DNA from: Lama glama
Lineage: Eukaryota
Reading direction: 5' to 3'
DNA: 64,000 bases
NCBI GenBank assembly: GCA_028534125.1
Contig: CM052818.1
Span: 7,070,001-7,134,000, forward strand
Below, in pieces: positions 10,962-22,819 of the stretch. A program made the position numbers and the translations under genes. The notes beneath the pieces are model-generated. The model had not been told where the DNA came from. It was given only the letters and a program-made list of their open reading frames with translations, and ran no database searches. The first letter of the stretch is position 1; every line of letters starts with the position of its first letter.

Positions 10962-12772
10962 TCCTTCCAAATGTATTGTTTATGCCCCCTTGTAGCTCAT
11001 GAAAACCCGGCCTTTTCTCTAAAACTCTTGTCTCTGCTGTGAGTTCTTAAAGCCCATTTCAAGACCTGGAAGTCAAGAGATGACTCTTCTTTCTCAGTCT
11101 CAGCTGTACAATATCCATACCCTGAGAGAAAAGGGTTGGGTAGAGAAAATGCAGAAAACCCACACTGGTTCACATCTCAAAATACCTCCCCACATGTTAA
11201 AAACAAAAACAGAACAATATGGAGTGACTAGAAATCCCTTGAGGGCAATGACTTTCTTTTTTCCCCTTGTGCTTAACATAGTGCTTTTCTATGGTAGGGA
11301 CTTAATAGCTGTCTTTTTCTTCAACAGGTGTTTGCTCAGTTAAATTTAAAACACTTTTCAGCATGCCATTCTAGTTCTGAAACACTTTCAAAGGCTCCCT
11401 ATTGCCTTATCCTATAGATTGAAGCATTTAACCAGGCATTTAAAATTCTATAATTTGGGTTCAATCTACTTTTCCAAATTCACCTCCCAAGACTCCCTAG
11501 AATGCCATAAGTAATGGCTGAACAAATACGGAATGATTGGATTACACAGCTTCTAGGACTTAGAGAAACTACAGATGTACAGATGGATAAATCATTAGCC
11601 CTTTTAGGGTTAGGTTTAGGTAATAGATGCAAACTAACAATGTCCCAATATTGGGAGCCAGTGATGAGTGTTACAGACTCTAAATGGGAGTCACAAGATA
11701 TACAGTCCTGAGAACAGTCATCTCTGCAGGATCACTTCCTGGCTTCTGCAGAAATCAGAGCCCCAAAGCAGGAGAGAAGCCTGCAGCTCTTGCTCAATCC
11801 ACTGGGCCGGGTGTGGACCGCTGGCCTCCCAAGCCACCCTGCGGAGCTCCCTACCTGGGCCCAGGCAAGCTCCTGGAGCTTGAGGGCCATGAAATCTTTG
11901 CCATTACTAAGCATCAGAATTTCGTATGCTAGTAATTAGCCATTAAGGAAAGCTTTGGGCAGAGATAGGCTTTTAAGGCAGTATAACCCAAGCAGGGGCT
12001 ATTCTCAGTGTACCTTTGTGGGAATCAATTGCGTTTCCAACATGCCTGTGTTGGGGAGATTTGTAATCTGACAGGGGAGGAGAAACTTCAAGAGCCATCC
12101 CATCTATTCCCCTGTCTTTAGGTTAGAAAACCCCTAAATCTTTCCAGAGAATTACCTATCTATCCCCAAACCTTCAGGTTAACTCCTTCACTTGTTTGTC
12201 AACCCTGATTTCAGGGAGCTATTTCTGATATCTAACCTAAATCTCTACAGCTAATTATCTTTTCCCATCTCCTCCGTCTCAGTCAACTTTAAAAGGCCTT
12301 TTGTGTCGACCGCTTATTGACACAAGCTAATAATGCTGCTACTGTTATTGTTTCATCCTTACGGTTATTATTAGCATTGACAGCACACTAGGAAGTATAT
12401 AAAAATACATAAGCAAATAGATTTTTAGGTCACTCTTGAAAGAAAGCTTTTTAAAACGCAGGAATATTTGGATGCTTCTAACTGGGAAACGGGGAAGTAG
12501 GCAGATGTGGGTCTCAGATCTCTGACTGCACCCACTCCTCAAGGGCCATCCCTCATCTCCCACTCAGCCTGGGAATGAAACGTAGAACCAGATAAATGTA
12601 TATTAAACATGTATGGGGGAGCAGGGAGTGATATGGGAAGCCACGGTGGTAGCAACTGGGGGGATCCGCAGAAGGAGCTCCACCCCGGGCCATGGGGCGA
12701 GGGCTTGCATGAAGACTGCCACAACTTTAGGTGAAAACTGGAAAAAAATAACTTAAGTCAGAAGTGAGTCAT

Positions 12773-12945
12773 GGGGAGGGTATAGCTCAGTGGTAGAGTG
12801 TGTGCTTAGCATGCAAGAGGTCCTGGGTTAAATCCCCAGTACCTCTGATAAATAAATAAATGAACCTAATCCTCCCCACCCCCAAAAAAGGAACAATAAC
12901 AACAGCAAAAAAAAAATTTTTTTTTTTAATTAAAGAAAACAAAAG
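12773..12945 (+). mobile_element. vic-1-type camelid SINE (tRNA-Ala derived)
   Basis: ggggagggtatagctcagtggtagagtgtgtgcttagcatgcaagaggtcctgggttaaatccccagtacctc + (TAAA)n, C-tract and A-rich tail. Confidence 0.9.
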
Positions 12946-13561
12946 TGCACCATAACAGCACCTTCCTTATGCTTCCCTCAAAGTACCCCAGCTAAGAGCA
13001 GAAATGAAAAACATTGATGCAGCTTCTAATGAAAGATATCCCAAGGCTTGGGGCTTATGCCATCTTGTTGTTTCTTACCCTTTTTCACTTATAAAACATT
13101 TTAAAGATTTATGCATGCTGCTAGACACACATTTAGGGCATTACTTCCCACAGCTGCATGTTATTCCACAGCATCTGCTGCATTTTATTCACCCTTTGTG
13201 TTGTACAGGTGATATATACTAAGTTTGCCTACAATACACTGGTATTTCAAGTGTGGGTGTATATTCCCAGGAGTGGAACTGCTGGGCTTTCAGGAAAACA
13301 CATATTACATTTCATTACTTATTTCCAGATAACTCCAAAAAGGACTGTACCAGGGACTTAACTCCCAACAGTAATGCATGAGAGTTCATGCTTCCTCTCA
13401 TCCTAGCCAACACTTGGTGCTATCCAACTTTCACCTTTTGGCCTATTTTTTTTCTAATTTGTATGTTTTAACATTTTTGCCCATTTAATGGATATAAAGA
13501 AGTAACTTGTTTTAACATGCATTTATGTGATTATAAGTGGGGTTGTGTCTCTTCATCTACT

Positions 13562-13706
13562 TTTTTTTAAAAAATTGAAGTATAGTTGATGTACAATATT
13601 GTATGTTACAAGTGTACAACACAGTGATTCACAATTTTTAAAGGTTATATTCCATTTATAGTTATTATGAAATATTTGCTATATTCTCTGTGTTGTACAA
13701 TATATG
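13562..13706 (-). mobile_element. Young L1 3' fragment with 12-bp TSD
   Basis: 'attgaagtatagttgatgtacaatatt...'; TSD tcttcatctact at 13550-13561 and 13707-13718. Confidence 0.85.
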
Positions 13707-13778
13707 TCTTCATCTACTTGTTAGTTTCTCAAGCTTCCCTTCTGTAAATTTGCCTGTTCATATCCTTTGGCTATTTTT

Positions 13779-13969
13779 TTTCCTTTTTTTTTTTTTGAAG
13801 TTTGATATATTTTAAAAAATTTTTTATTTATTTTTTAAGCTTTTTTTGGGGGGGGTGGGGAGGTAGTTAGGTTTGTCTAATTTTTTTTTAATGGAAGTAC
13901 CAGGGATTGAACTCAGAACCTCTTGCATGCTAAGCATACACTCTGCCACTGAGCTATACCCTCCCCACC
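13779..13969 (-). mobile_element. vic-1-type SINE with 11-bp TSD
   Basis: Reverse tRNA-like head ending 'gagctataccctcccc' (13966); TSD tggctattttt at 13768-13778 and 13970-13980. Confidence 0.9.
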
Positions 13970-14382
13970 TGGCTATTTTTCTATTGTGTTTCCTGTTTTG
14001 TTTTTTTCTCAATGATTTGCAGGAATGCCTAGTATATTCTAGATACTAATCTCATGATGATTTGGAAACACATCTCAATCTATCAGCTTTCTCTTGTCTG
14101 TGATGTTTTTCTTGAACAGAAAACTTTAATTTTGATATAGTCAAGTTCATCATTCATCATCATTATGCTTTCAGAGTCTTATTTGTGAAGTCTTTTTCTA
14201 CCCTAAGATTCCAAAGTTATTCTTCTGTTTTTAATTTCAATTACCTTGAGAGTTTTCCCTTTCCCTTTAACTTTTTTTTTATTCATTGAAATCTCACCTT
14301 TGCATATGGTATGAGACATGGATATAAGTTTCTTTTTCTCCATGGTGAACCAATTTTCCAATTATCTATGAAACAAAACCTC

Positions 14383-14826
14383 TGTGTTAGGCTGGCCTAT
14401 TGTTCCTGATCCTTCATGTCCTCCCTGATACAGAATTATACCTCCATGCCCTTTGCTATGTGGGTTTGCAGCATCTTCCACTAATATGTTGGATTTGACC
14501 ATGTGACTTATTTGGCCAATGGAATGTTAGGAGATGTGATGGGCACGGAAGTGTTAAATGTGTTTGAGTGATTTGACTTCACTTCTTGAGCTTCTGTTAT
14601 TGCCAGAATGAACATGTGACAAAGACCTAAACTTAACCTGTGTTCTGGAGCAAAGCCAAGCTGAATTCAGCTGAGTCCAACCATATCTTGACTAGACCAG
14701 GTGAGATCAGCAGAGTCTGAATTCACACACAGACCCGTGAGAGAGAAGAAACAATGGCTGCTATAAGTCATTGATATTTCAGGTTGTTTGTTATATAGTA
14801 TCATTATTGAAGCAATAATTGACTAT
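14383..14826 (+). mobile_element. MaLR solo LTR (MLT1G/H/I-like)
   Basis: 'catgtgacttatttggccaatggaatgttagg' and 3' 'ggttgtttgttatatagtatcatt...gcaataattgacta' MLT1 hallmarks. Confidence 0.8.
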
Positions 14827-15385
14827 CTCAACATGATTTCCTCTTAGATTTGTGATGTTACTATTATCATATATCAAGTTCTCATAGGTAAATGGGTTGC
14901 TTCTCAGTTCTCTGTTTTGTTCCACTGTTCTACATATCTGTTACTGTGACTTATAATCTGTCTTATTATCATGGGAAGGTTAATTTCCCTTCTATGGTTT
15001 TCTTTTCCAAAAATGACCAGATTATAATGGAATTTAATTTTCCATACACATTTGAGAATGTTTAAATTCCTTAAATCCTGTTACAAGTCTGAATGGTTTG
15101 CAATGAGTTTATGAATACATTGAGAGATCATTGCTATCTTAATGATGTTACTTCATCCTATCCAGAAAAATTATAAATACCCCCTTTTGAGGTCTTTTTT
15201 TGATCTTTTAATACTATTAACATTTTTTTCCATAAAAGTTTTGTGCATTTTTTCTTAGGTTAATTCCTGAAGATTTTATAGTTTCATTGCTATTGCAAAT
15301 AGTATCCTATTTTCTAGTTTATTAGTACTAGTGTGTAGGAATACTCTTGATTTTCATGAATTGATTTTGTATTTGGGAATCTTTA

Positions 15386-15832
15386 TGTATCAGGATTAGG
15401 TTTGGCTATAAGTAACAATACACACACATAGACAAACTAAAATACAGTGGCGTGAATGATATAGAGGTTTATTCAAGAAGTTCAGGAAGGTTGGAGGTGG
15501 CTACTTTAGGTCTGGTGGCAGTATAGCAGGTGCCTTCTGTCTTGCTTTTCTACTGTGTGTGGCTTCCATAGCCAAGCTCAGCTCATGGTCTAAGATGACA
15601 GCTGAAGCTCTGGCTATTCTATCTTCATTTCAGATGGTAGGAAAGAGGCTGAGGCACACTCTCTCCCTTTAAGGATGTGTGCACCAATTCTGTTTTTAAC
15701 CTGTCGTCTGGAACATGGCAATACTTAGCTACAAGGGAGGATAGCAAATGTTATCTTTATTCTGGTTGGCCATGTGCCCCATTTTAAAAAAAAGTAGTAC
15801 TGTGGAAGAAGGGGAGAAAAGCATCTCTGTCA
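15386..15832 (-). mobile_element. MaLR solo LTR (MLT1J/K-like)
   Basis: 'tgtatcaggattaggtttggctataagtaaca...acagtggcgtgaa...catggcaatacttagctacaagggaggatagcaaatg'. Confidence 0.75.
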
Positions 15833-16211
15833 TCTTACTGATTTCTCTTATTATTTCTAACAGCTTATTGTTTCTATTAGGTGTTTTATGTGGTTGACCA
15901 TATTACTGCAAACAATTCCAGTTTTATCTTTTGCCTTCTGATTCTTCTATTTAATTTCTTCTTCCCTTTATTACAAATCTTATTTTGTCAGCCAGGACTT
16001 TTAATATCATGTTAAACAGTAGTAGCAACCTTGTCTTGATTCCACACTAAAATGGAATGAGTTTAAAGTTAATCCATTAAATAATATTTTGCTGTACATT
16101 TTTGGTCCTTTATGAAGTTAAGTAAGTTTCTTCCTATTCCTAATTTTCCTGAAAGTTTTCATTGGTAGTAAGTGATGCACTTTCTCGATGCTTTTTCTCT
16201 CTCTCTCTCTC

Positions 16212-16306
16212 TTTTTTTTTTTTTTAAATGGAGGAGGTACTGGGACTTGAACCCAGGATGTTGTGCATGCTAAGCATGTGCTCTACCACTGACCTATACC
16301 CATCCC
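16212..16306 (-). mobile_element. vic-1-type SINE (short tail)
   Basis: 'gaggtactgggacttgaacccaggatgttgtgcatgctaagcatgtgctctaccactgacctataccc' preceded by polyT and (CT)n. Confidence 0.9.
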
Positions 16307-17375
16307 TCTCTTAGTCTTTTTTGAGGTGATTTATATGGATAGGTTTTCTGGTATTAAATCAAACTTGAGTTTCTGGAATAAAATTTATTTGATTTATTAT
16401 GTTTTTATGATAAATGTCTAGGTCAGTAGCTAGATAGGTGTATTCTAAACCAAAGAGAGGGAAATGAGACTCAAGGTTTCTCCTAGTTCACTGGAGTAAG
16501 CATATTAGATTCAGTTAGCTAGTATTTTATTTAGAATTTTGTGTGTTTATGTTCATAAGTGAAATAGGCGTATTCTTTTCTCAAACTGTTCTTTTTCAGA
16601 TTTAGAATCTAAATGTGCTGTTTTTCTTTTTTTCCTGTCTCTGCTTCCTCTTGCTCATGGGGGCTTTTTTCTTTTCTTTTCTTTTCTTTTGTAATTTGGA
16701 TTGTAAGCTTATGTTTGTCTGTGATCTATCTGTGGGAATTCTAATGAGACCTGGGTTGAAACCTCTATGCTCAATAAATGATGTGCTTTTGCTTCCTGGT
16801 CCATGTGGATTGTATATAAACTCTTTGAGATAACAAAAATCTCATATAGTACTTTTTTTTGGTAACCATAGTAGTTCTTAGTATGTCATTAGTCTCACTC
16901 TATTGTTTGGGGGAAAAAATGACAGTAAGAATGTAAATGTATTATTTATGTATTGAAATTTGCATTTTGAAATGTGACTCCCATGTATAAAAATTATGTC
17001 TTTGTGTACTTTGAAATCATAAACTAGTAAGTGTCACACATAATGCAGATTTATACATAACATCAATTACAGGTGATATTTTTAAGCTTATAAATTTATT
17101 TGACATCCCCATATTTTAAGTATGGTAGTTATAAGCTATGCCTATGGTATTTATGAAAGACAATTTGCCATCTTCATCCTTTTTTTTAGGGATCACCCTG
17201 CCAATATATAACACAGGCCTGTACACAAGAAATGTAGAATGGGAGGTGATCACAAAAATGAGAGAGAGAAGATATATGGGAGAAAGGAATATACATGGGA
17301 GAAAGGAAAAGAAGAAAGGAAAAGAAGAAAGGAAAAAATAAATAAGGGTTCTTAAATTTTCAAAAGGAAGGAATA

Positions 17376-17524
17376 GGGGAAGGATACAGTTCAAGCGGTG
17401 GAGTGCATGCTTAGCATGCACAAGGTCCTGGGTTCAATCCCTAGTACTCCCTCCAAACATAAATAAACTTAATTACCACCCCCCAAAATTAATAAAAATA
17501 AATAAATAAAAGTTTTTTTTAAAG
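17376..17524 (+). mobile_element. vic-1-type SINE with 11-bp TSD
   Basis: tRNA-like head with B box 'ggttcaatccc'; TSD aggaaggaata at 17365-17375 and 17525-17535. Confidence 0.9.
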
Positions 17525-19119
17525 AGGAAGGAATAAACAGAAGCTCTCAAATAAAATATTTGATATTTTAATATTTATTCAAGTCACTTGGGGTATCTGC
17601 TAAAAACGCAAATGTCCAGGACCAGCCTACAGAGATGGTGATTCAGTAGATCTTGAGAGCAGACTCAGGAATCTAGGTGGGCCTTGGACAACCATTTAAG
17701 AAATACTGGAATATGGTGAGCACAGAATTAGAAAATGACACATGGTGGGGACTGGAGGCATGCCAGTAACAACAGACAAGGGGGCAACTTCTGCCGCAGG
17801 ATGCTAACCCTGGGTATTTGAAGATCCTCTGAAAGATACTAGTGTATGTCTAGACTCATAATCTTCTGTTTTTAGTACCATCCACAGTATGTAACATAAC
17901 ACTGCCACAATTATATTCACCTGAGCATAAAAAAAAGAAAGAAACGGGCTTTCTAAAATGTACTTTAGCACATTTTTAAATGTAGTATAATAGCCCATGT
18001 TAAAAATGGAGCTGATTTTTTCCACATGAGGGATCTAATTTGTTTAGATCATCATGGGGTGACCTGGCTAAGTGAACGCGTTCCACCTCCTGCAGATCAC
18101 TATGTCCAGGGGTGAGGATGCTGGCCTCCTCGCACTGCCAAACTCCACAGAAATTCAACACACGGAGGGGCCGTACATATACAAGCTGGGCGCTATGAGA
18201 AGTCTGCAGCACCACTCATTTTCTTAGGTAGACTCAGGACTACAGGCTGAAATCATGGAGTAGGGCCAAAAAAAAGAAAGAGAAGAGGTAAGAGGTGTCA
18301 GGCCAAGTGCCACAATTACGGCTCAGGGGAAGGATCTATACCCTAAAGTGACAATAATCATGGAAAGCCTCAATATGACTAGACCAGGCCTTTATGTTCA
18401 CTTATTCCTTTCCTCTGAATTCCAGACCACTGTAGGTTTTAATCTTGTAATTGTGGGAAAAAATGATCTTGCTCACTTTAAGACCATATATCAACCCTAG
18501 GCCTCTGTGGTTGACTTATCTGTGGAAAATGGATATTTGGTGTTCTAAGTGGATTTGATAATCTGTTTTTGTAGGCATGTGATACGTGATTTGCCTTTCC
18601 TTGGTTTCTTGATAGGAAGCAATTGTCGTAAATTTCAAATAGTGTGCAGACATGCACCTTGTGGGAAAGAAGATGGATTTTTGCCAGTATATTTGCTTTT
18701 GTGGGCATCTCTGTTCAGGTTTATTAGTGATTGCTCTTACTTTAAAGTACAAGTGCGTGGAAAGTGTTAAGGTCTGTAAAATGATTACTAGATCGTAGGC
18801 AAGAAATTGAGGAAAAAAGCCATAGCTCCTGGAAATGAGCAGCAAGACGTACTAGCAGTTAGCGCTCCCTAGCATTGTCAGGGTACTGGGTCGGGAGGGT
18901 GGGCAGAAAAGTGGGAGAAAGAATGGTGCGGGAGCGAGGGCTGGGGAAAGCCAAGATATACAGGTACATGTATTAAAAAAAAAAAAAAAAGCAAAGCCCG
19001 GAGAGCTTCACTCCTGCCAGGTTACGAAGTGCCTTTTCCAGAAACTCAGTAAAGAAATGGTATGTATTCAGGAGCTGTTTCAACCTGTCCACACCCTACC
19101 CTGACTTCCCCAGAAACAG

Positions 19120-20900
19120 GCAAGCACGGAGGCAAAGGCCACTGCCAAGCCTCCGGTCTCTGGCGTCCAGCGCCCTCAGCTCGCAGAGCACAGCCCTACA
19201 GGACGTCACACGGAGCTGTCTGCAAGAATGGGCACTGCACAGACGCGGGGCAAAGTTTTGATCTGATTCACTCCAATTCTGGCTGCCTCTCGGGAGTGGG
19301 GTTTGGCCGCAGGGGCTCCCGAGCAGCGCCAGGCAGAGGCTGAGTAGCAGCAGCAGCAAGCATCCGCCGCCTGCAAGCTGAGTAAGGAGCCAGCCTCCGC
19401 CGCCGCCTCCTGCTGCCGGCGCGGAGTCGGCAGCACAGCCAGTCCCTTTGGCTGTCACGCCGCCAGCAGCGCGGCCCCTCCGCCGCCCTCCCTCCCCGCC
19501 ACCCTCGCGCGGCCCCAACCCTCACACTGTTATTTGCGTGACTGACCCAAACCCGGCGGGAGGGAGGACCCGAGCGCCGGAGAGAGGGGAGGGCGTTAGC
19601 CCGCCCACTCCTTCCCCTGTGGCTCGCTGCGGCACCTTCTCCTCCTCATTGGTCACACGCCTGCGTCCATCACCCCCACGCAGCCCTCGGATTGGCAGAA
19701 GGCGTACTTCTGGAGAGAGGAGGGCAGAGTGACTCCGCGGGTCTCCGGCGCCTCATCTTCCCTCCACCCCCTACTTCAACGTCCACCCACCTCTCCCCAC
19801 CCCCCACCCCCCACCCCCCACTCCACTTCCCCCGCCCTGTTCGCGGCAGTGTCCTTAGAAGACTCATTGGGCCAGGGGTGAAGCCAGCTGCCTGTCGAGC
19901 TGCGCTGTCGTTGGTCGACGCTCACGCCCGTCGGAGCGGCGGGCTTCACCATTGGGTGGCTCCGTTCCGCTCCCCGCCCCCCCAACGCCTCGCCTTTTCA
20001 GTCGCCTCCTCCCCTCCCGGCTTTTCCACAGCCCCCTTTCCCCTCCCGTCCGCGTCGCATCTTCCCTGTCCAGCTGGGCGGGGACTGCTGTACGACTCTG
20101 TAAAGTCTGTGAGTCACTGCACAACCCATCAATCCAATTAAATGTCTTGAGCGAGCCGAGCAGGCGGTGCTGCTGCCGCCGCCGCTCGCCCCGCCGCGGC
20201 CGCCCCTGCTCGCAGCGCCCCTCTGATCCATGGCTGTCTGTCTGTACTTGTTACGGTGTAACCTCCTCCTCCGCCTCCGCCTCCTCAGGAGCCGCTGCAA
20301 CTTCCCCTCAGCTAGCCTCCTCTGCTTGGGGACTGCAAAGGCATGGGATAGACCTAGAGCCAGTTCTGTCTCCCTTCCAGCCCTCGTTCAGGCTCCCCCC
20401 TTTAAATTAAAGTCTGTTCCTCGCGTCTCGTCTTTTTAGAGATTTGTCAGTCTTTTATTCCCCCTGATTTTATTTTCCCTCCCTGGCGCAGGGGGTCGCA
20501 GGGGCCGGTGGGTTTATCTTAGAGAAGGGGCAATCCACCCCCACCCCGCCCCCGTTTTCCCTCCTCCCTCTTCGGCCGTGACTTGATTTCCCTGCTCCTC
20601 TCCGCTCCCACCCCGCGAACTCACAGTCCTGCACTCGAGTGACGCACCGACACCCCCCGCCCACAGCCCAGAACGTCCCCTCCCTCGCTGCCACCCCGAC
20701 CCGTCTCGGAGCTGGACCGGGTGCCGACTTCGCAGAAGGGTGAGTACCGTGTTGGGCGTGGGGGGAGCGGGGTATCTGGAAAAATGTAGCCGGGCCACTT
20801 TGGGGAGGGCAGGGATCACGTTGTGGGCAGAGGTTCCTGGTCCGGCGTGGATTTGAGGTGGCGACTGCCTCCCTCCCTCGCTCCCACTTCCCCCGCCCCT
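19120..20900. promoter_or_regulatory. CpG island 2, CCAAT/GC-box promoter, probably bidirectional
   Basis: ~1.8 kb CpG-dense; ATTGG at 19648, 19691, 19866, 19951; GC boxes (ccccgcccc 19972-19980); TGAGTCA 20110-20116; outward-facing splice donors at both ends. Confidence 0.9.
20000..20739 (+). other. Long non-coding first exon of an unidentified plus-strand gene (start approximate)
   Basis: Consensus donor AGG|GTGAGT at 20739/20740 near the 3' edge of the CpG island; pyrimidine/GCC-rich 5'UTR-like sequence; no credible CDS. Confidence 0.7.
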
Positions 20901-22099
20901 CGACTCCTTATTCACCAGCCTTGCTGTATTTCTAGGTATTGCCAGACTTCCACCATCGGAGCATTATAACGCTTATAGAATGAGCGGTAATGGCATTCTT
21001 TCTTAGTGAGCGATCATAGTCAGCGGTATCATCTGATAGACTCTATGACCTCCAAAAAGTGTAAAACGGCTAATGGGTACATTTTCCCCCCAATCAAAGT
21101 TAAACTTTTATTCAATAAAGGCAAAGCAAAAGGTATTTCTAATTTGAATGTGTGGAGATAGAGCAAGAGAAGACAAGATTGCCTAGTGGCATGGCTTACT
21201 CTTTTTATTTTAAGATAGTTTTATAGGTTCCCTTTTGGAAAAGATATTAATTCAGGATTAACGTAAAGGTTATGAAGTCTTTGAACCTGTTGGAAGAAAG
21301 CAAGGCAAGATGGAAATCCAGCTTGACATTTAATATTTAGCCCACCTCTGTTCTAGCAACAAATTAAAACACAGAATTTTTTATTTCTCAGCCACCAGGC
21401 ACAGTGGGGTATGTTAAGGACAAATAGGGGTTTTTTTTTTTTTCTTTTGATATCCCTCTTTTGTATACTTGAATGCTCTTGAACAAAATTTTAATTTGGT
21501 TTCTTGGTTGTTGGTTGTTCAAAAGTACACATACTTGCCCATAAATTGTTCATGAGAATCTTGCTCTAGGCATCTGTAATATTTTTTTTGAGATAAAAGT
21601 AAAAATTATGAGAAATAGTTACTCTGAATCAGTTTCTAAGGTCACTTTTGAGAATTTAGCCTATTTAAAATGGTATTACTCCTTTTGAATCAAGTTCTGG
21701 TCTAGTTGTCCACAAGATTCAAATTAGGCCAAACCAAACATGTTTTGAAATACTGAAGTACAGGAAAGGCCTCTTCGTAGTTCATTCTCTCCTTCTCTTT
21801 CAGACTAACCAGAATAAGTTGTTGCTAAATTTAATTGTAAAGAATAGACTGTTTCTGTACTGAAGTCTGAAATCTGCCAAGTTTCTACAGAAAGATTTCT
21901 TTTTAAGGAGGAGAAATGTGTTTATGATCAGCTCAAAGTAGTAAAGTTGACTCAGAAGTAAATGCTGTCATAAGGAAATGCTTGTCATAAGCCCCCAAAC
22001 CTTGCAGAGTGTTTCAGGAAGACTCATACAAAACCTTTTTGAATTGTTTAGTAAATTTCATCATGTGGCCTTTTTCATTAGTGAATCATTGAGAGGCCT

Positions 22100-22545
22100 C
22101 CTAGCACTGGGGAGCCATGCTGCCTGAGTTTGAATCTAGCCACCATCCCTGGATGGCTGACTGACCTTGGGAAAACTTCAAACCTGGCCTGTTCTGGTTT
22201 TCTCCTGTAGTGAGAGGGATGACTCTTCCTCTAAGGGTTGCGGTAAGGATAAGTGAGAGAGTGCAAGTCACAGAGCACTTGGTGTTAGCTGTCCCCCCTA
22301 CCCCTACAAAAAAAATCATCCGCTGAGCAGAATGTTTGGTGTAGTGCTTAAGAAGGGGGCCTCCACAATCAAACTGTGTAGGTTCAAGTCCCAGCATTTT
22401 CTCTTGCTATCTTTGTGATCTTGGTCAAGTTAACCTCCAATATATCATCTGTAAAATGGGGATAATAAAAGCGTTTACTTCATAGGGTTACTGTGAGGTC
22501 TGAATGAGTTAGTATATGCAAAGATCTCAACTAATGTTGGGTACA
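22100..22545 (+). mobile_element. Two tandem MIR SINEs (~22100-22290, ~22335-22545)
   Basis: 'ctgcctgagtttgaatct...tgaccttgggaaaa' and 'catctgtaaaatggggataataaaagcgtttacttcatagggttactgtgagg'. Confidence 0.8.
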
Positions 22546-22819
22546 TCTTTTCAAGTTTAATTCTCTGTTATGTTCCTGGTATGTCGAAACATGGGTGATT
22601 ATATTTTTTACATGTATATTTTTTGAAAAAATAAAGAATTGTTGCTGTCAGTGAAATAGAATTCTTATCCATATGCATGATGTTTTATGGGATTTATACT
22701 TTTAAATAGAGTATATGATTTTTTATGAAATTTAGTGGTTGGATGAGTTGAATTGATCACTCTTTCATTTAAACTTGCATAACAGAATATACATACTTTT
22801 ATTATGATGATACCAATCA

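Larger units (their letters stand above)
13230..16620 (-). mobile_element. Fragmented old L1 (L1M/L1ME) hosting younger insertions
   Basis: T-rich antisense L1 motifs, e.g. 'atattcccaggagtggaactgctgggc', 'ttgcctgttcatatcctttgg', 'ttttctaccctaagatt', 'tttcttcctattcctaattttcctgaaagtttt'. Confidence 0.75.

Noticed and set aside
12773..12846. tRNA-Ala-like sequences (here and at five other loci)
   Set aside because: They are followed by AT-rich/poly(A) tails, are often bounded by TSDs and carry scattered mutations: SINE heads, not tRNA genes
18000..18215. 71-aa minus-strand ORF with protein-like composition
   Set aside because: GTG start, no convincing flanking splice sites and no recognisable homology; not enough support to add to the exon chain
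19448..20915. Many overlapping ORFs in CpG island 2 as the CDS of the plus-strand gene
   Set aside because: They are GC-bias artefacts, mostly with non-ATG starts; none resembles a known protein, and no ATG-initiated plus frame in the track reaches the 20739 donor
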